From Flavobacteriales bacterium (lineage in GTDB: Bacteria > Bacteroidota > Bacteroidia > Palsa-965), in assembly GCA_040377305.1 (NCBI GenBank), contig JBEIPA010000001.1, positions 128,001-192,000 on the forward strand: DNA of 64,000 bases, written 5' to 3'. The notes under the pieces were generated by a model. It was given only the letters and a program-made list of their open reading frames with translations. It did not search any database and had not been told where the DNA came from. Positions 58,845 to 64,000 of this stretch are shown piece after piece (positions within the stretch are counted from its first letter, which is position 1; the number at the start of each line of letters is the position of its first letter). Position numbers and translations under genes: made by a program.

Positions 58845-60113
58845 ATGAAAAAAGCGCTTACCATTCTGTTTGCATGTAGCACTCTTGTCCTTTCTGCGCA
58901 ATGGGTGTCCGTACGTCATGATTCCGATAATATTTTCGACGAGGGATATTTTATCAATGAAGATACCGGTTATGCGATCGGAGAAGAGTATTCGACAGGT
59001 ACACAGGCGCTCATTCTTCGAACACTTGACGGTGGTGTAACATGGGACACCACATTTTTCCCTTCGGGTTATGGGATGGGATGCATAAGTATTCCAACGT
59101 CGTTAGTTGGGTACGCAGGTGGAAGAGACTGTGTCATCAACAAGACTGTAGATGGAGGGAACACGTGGAACCCAGCACCCAACTTTCCGGTTTCGCTTAA
59201 TGACCTTTATGACTTTCATTTTATCAGCGCTGATACCGGATTTGTCATTGACGTCGGTGGAGTTATTTGGAAAACGACTGACGGTGCAAACACATGGAAC
59301 ATTGTTTATTCACCCGGTCAGTGGCTGAATCAACTTGGCTTCCCAAACGAAGGGAATATGCAGTTTGTGAATGACACACTTGCCTACGCCGCACTTGGTG
59401 AAAATGGGTTGATAGCAAAATCGCTTGATGGAGGAAATTCGTGGACGAGCATAAGTACAGGTGACACCACCATTCACATTAACGCCATATATATGATTAA
59501 TGCCGACACAGGCGTTGCAGTGGGCCGACATGGTAAGTACGTCCGTACTACAAATGGTGGCTCCAGCTGGAGTCCAGTAGCGCAGATTCCTAATACGCTA
59601 TGCTATCTTATGGATATCCTATTTTTCAATGATTCTGTTGGATATATGATTGGAGGGAATGACTATTACAATTGGCCACCATCTCCGGTTAAATATGGTT
59701 TGATATATGCTACATCCGACGGAGGTGTAACCTGGACATTAACCGACAGTTTGAATCGTGGTTGGTTAACTGCCTTGCATAAAGTCAGTGATTCAGTTGC
59801 GTACTGTTTCGGATGGGATGGACGTGTTTTAAGAATCAGTAATCCTGTGCAATATCTGGGTGTGGATGAGCCGTCAACTGCTTTAGGAATTTCAGTGTTT
59901 CCGAATCCGGCTACTTCAATACTTAATGTACAAGTTACAACTCAGGAAATATGCACGTTCCGGTTGTATGATTGTTTAGGAAGAACCGCACGTGAACTAG
60001 AATTCGAATCGTCAACTGTCATATCAATCGAAAATTTACCACAAGGAATTTACTATTGGGAGGTGCGTTCCAGTGGCAAATTTCAAGCTGGGGGAAAAAC
60101 AGTGAAGCAATAG
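58845..60113 (+). CDS. YCF48/BNR-repeat beta-propeller protein with T9SS CTD
   Basis: Repeated T.DGG.TW Asp-boxes; VFPNPA...GIYY...K. Confidence 0.88.
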   Translation: MKKALTILFACSTLVLSAQWVSVRHDSDNIFDEGYFINEDTGYAIGEEYSTGTQALILRTLDGGVTWDTTFFPSGYGMGCISIPTSLVGYAGGRDCVINKTVDGGNTWNPAPNFPVSLNDLYDFHFISADTGFVIDVGGVIWKTTDGANTWNIVYSPGQWLNQLGFPNEGNMQFVNDTLAYAALGENGLIAKSLDGGNSWTSISTGDTTIHINAIYMINADTGVAVGRHGKYVRTTNGGSSWSPVAQIPNTLCYLMDILFFNDSVGYMIGGNDYYNWPPSPVKYGLIYATSDGGVTWTLTDSLNRGWLTALHKVSDSVAYCFGWDGRVLRISNPVQYLGVDEPSTALGISVFPNPATSILNVQVTTQEICTFRLYDCLGRTARELEFESSTVISIENLPQGIYYWEVRSSGKFQAGGKTVKQ

Positions 60114-60219
60114 GCCGGTTTTCGCAGTTATTCCAGCGCGAAGTTCATCGTTTTAACCGCGAACTTAGAACGGAGAACTTAGAACTTTTCCCGACCTTTG
60201 TGTTTCATTCCAATGTGAT

Positions 60220-61449
60220 ATGCCAAAGATTTCTGTAAAGGCCGGCTCAATGCCAGCGTCTCCGATTCGCAAACTTGTTCCTTACGCTGATAAAGCGAAA
60301 AAAGAAGGCAAGAAAATTTACCATCTGAACATCGGTCAGCCGGACATTGAAACTCCGGAAGTGATGCTGAACGCAATCAAGAATTCGAACATTCGCGTGA
60401 TTGAGTACACGCATTCGGCAGGAACAGAAAGCTATCGCAAAAAACTTGCGGCATACTATCAGCGATTCAACATGCCGGTAACCACGGAAGATGTGATGAT
60501 CACTACCGGTGGATCGGAAGCGATTGAAATTGCAATGATGACTTGCTTCAATGCAGGTGATGAAATAATTATTCCGGAACCATTTTACGCAAACTATAAC
60601 GGTTTTTCGTGTGCAGCTGATCTGGTGATCAAACCTATTCGTTCATACATCGAAACCGGATTTGCGCTTCCTCCGATTGCCGAGTTTGAGAAACTGATTA
60701 CTCCGAAGACAAAAGGAATAATGATTTGCAATCCCGGAAATCCGACTGGATATCTCTACACGCGTGAAGAGCTCGAGGCATTGAAAGAAATCGTGAAGAA
60801 GTATGATCTCTTTTTGTTGTCGGATGAAGTGTACCGCGAATTCTGTTACGACAACAAGCAATATGTTTCTGTCATGCATCTGGAAGGAATTGACAACAAC
60901 ATTGTATTGCTCGATTCTATTTCAAAAAGATATTCAGCATGCGGTGCGCGAATTGGTGCACTTATTTCGAAGAACAAAGAAGTAATGAATGGCGCATTGA
61001 AATTTGCGCAGGCGCGTTTGTCTCCACCTACATTCGGACAGGTGGGTGCAGAAGCTGCTTTGGAAACTCCTCAGTCCTATTTCGATGCAGTGACAAAAGA
61101 ATACACTGCCCGCAGAAATTTTGTGATTGAATCGCTCAACAAAATGGATGGCGTGTTCTGTCCGAAACCGAGTGGTGCGTTCTATTGCATTGCACGCTTA
61201 CCGATCGACAACGCTGATACATTCTGTCAGTGGTTACTCGAAAGTTTCAGCTACAACGGACAAACCGTGATGCTAGCACCAGCCACGGGCTTCTACTCTA
61301 CTCCAGGTGCAGGAATCAACGAAGTTCGTATCGCTTACGTTCTCAATCTCACTGATCTTGGCAATGCAATGAATTGCCTGGAAGAAGCATTGAAAGTTTA
61401 TCCCGGCAGAACTGTGGTAAAGACAGAAACAGTTGCTGAAGTAAAATAA
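60220..61449 (+). CDS. PLP-dependent aminotransferase, class I/II (aspartate aminotransferase-like)
   Basis: LNIGQPD, NPGNPTG, DEVY, SISKRYSACGARIG. Confidence 0.93.
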   Translation: MPKISVKAGSMPASPIRKLVPYADKAKKEGKKIYHLNIGQPDIETPEVMLNAIKNSNIRVIEYTHSAGTESYRKKLAAYYQRFNMPVTTEDVMITTGGSEAIEIAMMTCFNAGDEIIIPEPFYANYNGFSCAADLVIKPIRSYIETGFALPPIAEFEKLITPKTKGIMICNPGNPTGYLYTREELEALKEIVKKYDLFLLSDEVYREFCYDNKQYVSVMHLEGIDNNIVLLDSISKRYSACGARIGALISKNKEVMNGALKFAQARLSPPTFGQVGAEAALETPQSYFDAVTKEYTARRNFVIESLNKMDGVFCPKPSGAFYCIARLPIDNADTFCQWLLESFSYNGQTVMLAPATGFYSTPGAGINEVRIAYVLNLTDLGNAMNCLEEALKVYPGRTVVKTETVAEVK

Positions 61450-61454
61450 CGCGT

Positions 61455-62051
61455 ATGCTTCGCAAAATTCTGTTCGCAGTTTTGATGTTTGGATTCGTTC
61501 CGAATATTACTGCGCAGAATTCTGACATCAATCTACTTCGCCAGTTCAATGGTCCGATCAATTCCAATCCGGATGCATTGATGCGCGGAGTTTCCAACTC
61601 GGTTATTCCATTGATGATCGCTATTCCAGCAGGATTGTTGATTTACAATCGCACTACAACAGGTTCCTGGACAGAGAAGCACGAACCTTATGTAATTGGT
61701 TTTTCTTTAGTAGCGACCGTTGGAATCACTTACGGATTAAAGAAAATTGTAAATCGTCCGCGTCCTTTTGTGACGTACTCCGACATTTACCAGAAGGATT
61801 CACATGTGGGTCCGTATTCATTTCCATCGGGACATACGTCATCTGCATTTGCTCTCGCAACATCTGTGAGCTTATGTTATCCGAAATGGTATGTGATTGC
61901 TCCAGCCGCACTCTGGGCAATTACTGTAGGATGTTCGCGCATGTATCTTGGCGTGCATTATCCCACCGACGTGTTGATTGGCGCCTTAATTGGCTCAGGA
62001 TGTGCGGTGTTGACATACCAGCTCAACAAAAAGCTTTCAGGGCCCCAGTAG
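61455..62051 (+). CDS. PAP2 family phosphatase
   Basis: K....RPRP, SFPSGH, SRMYLGVHYPTD. Confidence 0.92.
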   Translation: MLRKILFAVLMFGFVPNITAQNSDINLLRQFNGPINSNPDALMRGVSNSVIPLMIAIPAGLLIYNRTTTGSWTEKHEPYVIGFSLVATVGITYGLKKIVNRPRPFVTYSDIYQKDSHVGPYSFPSGHTSSAFALATSVSLCYPKWYVIAPAALWAITVGCSRMYLGVHYPTDVLIGALIGSGCAVLTYQLNKKLSGPQ

Positions 62052-62138
62052 CTTTATAGTTACTGACATTGGTCAGACAGAAGCGGCATTCGAGTACATT
62101 CGGCTGCAAATCTTAGTACAGCTAACCAAACCTTACAC

Positions 62139-62639
62139 ATGATGAAAAAACCTCTTTTGATTCTGGGGCTGGTTGCTGGTAGTTATGGATTCCTGCATTC
62201 ACAATCAATCTCTCCTGATGTTATTTCAACAGCCGGAGATTTTTATTCGAATGCAAGCGGATCGATTTCGTGGACATTGGGAGAACCGATGGGCGAAACT
62301 TATACCTCTACCAACAACATCCTCACGCAGGGATTTCAGCAACCATGGGATTTTGGAACCGGAATGAATCCCGGAACCACACCTGTTGACGCTGATGTAT
62401 TCCCGAACCCTACAGCGGATGTAGTGAATCTCCAGTTCGACAATACTTCGAACGGAACGTACGTGATTGAAGTGTATAATGCACTCGGTCAGCAAATGAG
62501 CGCAACGCAGTTTACTGCAACGCCATCTGCACGCGCTACTGTTTCGCTTGCGGAATTCTCGAATGGAATTTATTTCATTACAGTACGCAAAGTCGATGGA
62601 ACAGAGTCCTCGACGTTCAAAATCACTAAAAACGAATAA
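62139..62639 (+). CDS. Small T9SS type A sorting-domain protein
   Basis: Signal peptide, short VISTAG...SWTLGE...LTQGFQQ domain, VFPNPT...GIYF...KI.K CTD. Confidence 0.85.
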   Translation: MMKKPLLILGLVAGSYGFLHSQSISPDVISTAGDFYSNASGSISWTLGEPMGETYTSTNNILTQGFQQPWDFGTGMNPGTTPVDADVFPNPTADVVNLQFDNTSNGTYVIEVYNALGQQMSATQFTATPSARATVSLAEFSNGIYFITVRKVDGTESSTFKITKNE

Positions 62640-62660
62640 CCCTACCCAACCTACCTCTAC

Positions 62661-64000
62661 ATGAAAAAATTATTATCACTAGTACTCCTCTTAGTTGCCG
62701 GCGTAGCATTCGCTCAGGCACCTCAGATGGTAAAGTACCAAGGTGTTGCGCGTGATGCTGCTGGTGCAGTAATCGCAAACGGCACGATCACTGTACAATT
62801 CGATGTTCACACTGGTTCTGCAGCGGGTCCTATCGCTTACACTGAAACACACGTAGGTGTTACGACTAACCAATTCGGTTTGTTTAGCATCAGCATGGGT
62901 TCTGTTTCTCCATTCCCTGCTAACCTTTTCGGAGCAGGTTCAGAATTCCTTGAAGTATCTGTCGACTTCGGTACTGGATTAACTTCAATGGGAACTTCAC
63001 AGTTCTTATCTGTTCCTTATGCATTGTTCGCTGATTCATCGGCTAATCCTGGTCCTCAGGGCCCTGCTGGTCCGCAAGGTCCATCTGGTGATCCTGGCGT
63101 TGCTGGTCCACAAGGTCCATCTGGCGATCCTGGTGTAGCTGGTCCGCAAGGTCCATCTGGCGATCCTGGTGTGGCTGGTCCGCAAGGTCCTGCTGGTGTA
63201 ACCGGTCCACAAGGTCCTTCTGGTGATCCTGGAGTAGCTGGTCCGCAAGGTCCTGCTGGTGTAACTGGTCCACAAGGTCCTTCCGGTGACCCTGGTGTAG
63301 CTGGTCCTACTGGTGCAGTTGGTCCTCAAGGTCCTACTGGTGCAGTTGGTCCTCAAGGTCCTGCTGGTGTTACTGGCGCTCAAGGTCCGGCTGGCGCAGT
63401 TGGCCCTCAAGGTCCTGCTGGTGTTACTGGCGCTCAAGGTCCTGCTGGTGCAGTTGGTCCGCAAGGTCCTGCTGGTGTTACTGGTGCTCAAGGTCCTGCT
63501 GGTGTTGCTGGTCCCCAAGGTCCAATTGGTCCTGCTGGTGCAGTTGGTGCTCAAGGTCCACAAGGTGTAGCGGGTCCTGTTGGTCCAGCTGGTGCAGTTG
63601 GTCCTCAAGGTGCTGCTGGTCCAACTGGTGCAACCGGTCTACTTACTAATGGTACAGGCGCTGGGCAAACAGCTTATTGGGATGGAACAAATTGGGTAAT
63701 CAACGGGAACATTTATAACAATGGTGCTAACGTTGGTATAAATACAGTTCCTTCTGTTAGTCGCAAACTGGATGTGTATTGGGTTCAACAGACAGCGACA
63801 GGTGATGGTCAAGCAACTATCTACGGTTACCGCACGCGTGATAACCAAAATGACGGAATTTCTTATGCGATAAATGGCGGACAAAGTGCAATGCAGGGAT
63901 ACAACTTCTGGGGTGATGTTTACACTTGGGGTGTAGCTGGCCACAACTACAACGACTATAACCGTACAGGCGGCGTACTTGGAGCTGATGTCAACGGCAC
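62661..64000 (+). CDS. Collagen-like fibre protein (partial, runs off the window; absent from the ORF track)
   Basis: ATG at 62661, [32 protein letters not shown]...LSVPYALFA, then about 65 uninterrupted Gly-X-Y triplets (63051-63644), then NVGINT; no stop before 64000. Confidence 0.9.
   Translation, partial: MKKLLSLVLLLVAGVAFAQAPQMVKYQGVARDAAGAVIANGTITVQFDVHTGSAAGPIAYTETHVGVTTNQFGLFSISMGSVSPFPANLFGAGSEFLEVSVDFGTGLTSMGTSQFLSVPYALFADSSANPGPQGPAGPQGPSGDPGVAGPQGPSGDPGVAGPQGPSGDPGVAGPQGPAGVTGPQGPSGDPGVAGPQGPAGVTGPQGPSGDPGVAGPTGAVGPQGPTGAVGPQGPAGVTGAQGPAGAVGPQGPAGVTGAQGPAGAVGPQGPAGVTGAQGPAGVAGPQGPIGPAGAVGAQGPQGVAGPVGPAGAVGPQGAAGPTGATGLLTNGTGAGQTAYWDGTNWVINGNIYNNGANVGINTVPSVSRKLDVYWVQQTATGDGQATIYGYRTRDNQNDGISYAINGGQSAMQGYNFWGDVYTWGVAGHNYNDYNRTGGVLGADVNG

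Noticed and set aside
202-62873. The many short ORFs (60-220 aa) overlapping larger genes
   Set aside because: Antisense or alternative-frame to well-supported genes, with no recognisable motifs
63036-63608. Repetitive ORFs 63036-63608, 63043-63273 and 63313-63570
   Set aside because: Antisense or off-frame shadows of the collagen repeat

Overview
Chromosomal window from a Bacteroidota bacterium (TAnnTTTG-type -7 promoter boxes, T9SS C-terminal sorting domains, valS/DUF1573/aminotransferase neighbourhood). It holds about 48 protein-coding genes. I recognised no rRNA, tRNA, CRISPR array, integrase or prophage. Housekeeping and metabolic genes include valS, icmF, dacB, a YcaQ-type glycosylase, a PLP aminotransferase, M1 and M23 peptidases and an ECF sigma factor. 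The most notable features are: (1) an operon with an orphan NqrB/RnfD-like membrane protein followed by four tandem DUF2330 paralogues, nearly identical except for a ~30-aa hypervariable loop, each preceded by a copy of an octamer-periodic hairpin; (2) a dispersed family of intergenic elements made of degenerate 7- or 8-nt tandem repeats in inverted arms; (3) a RAYT/Y1 transposase with REP palindromes, next to an ORFan cassette bounded by an 18-bp direct repeat; (4) a compositionally atypical four-gene signalling block with a possible junction duplication; (5) five tandem DUF1573 genes; (6) a 2420-aa T9SS adhesin; and (7) a small T9SS protein paired with a collagen-like fibre protein that runs off the window and is missing from the ORF track. 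All family calls come from motif recognition by eye; no database search was run.
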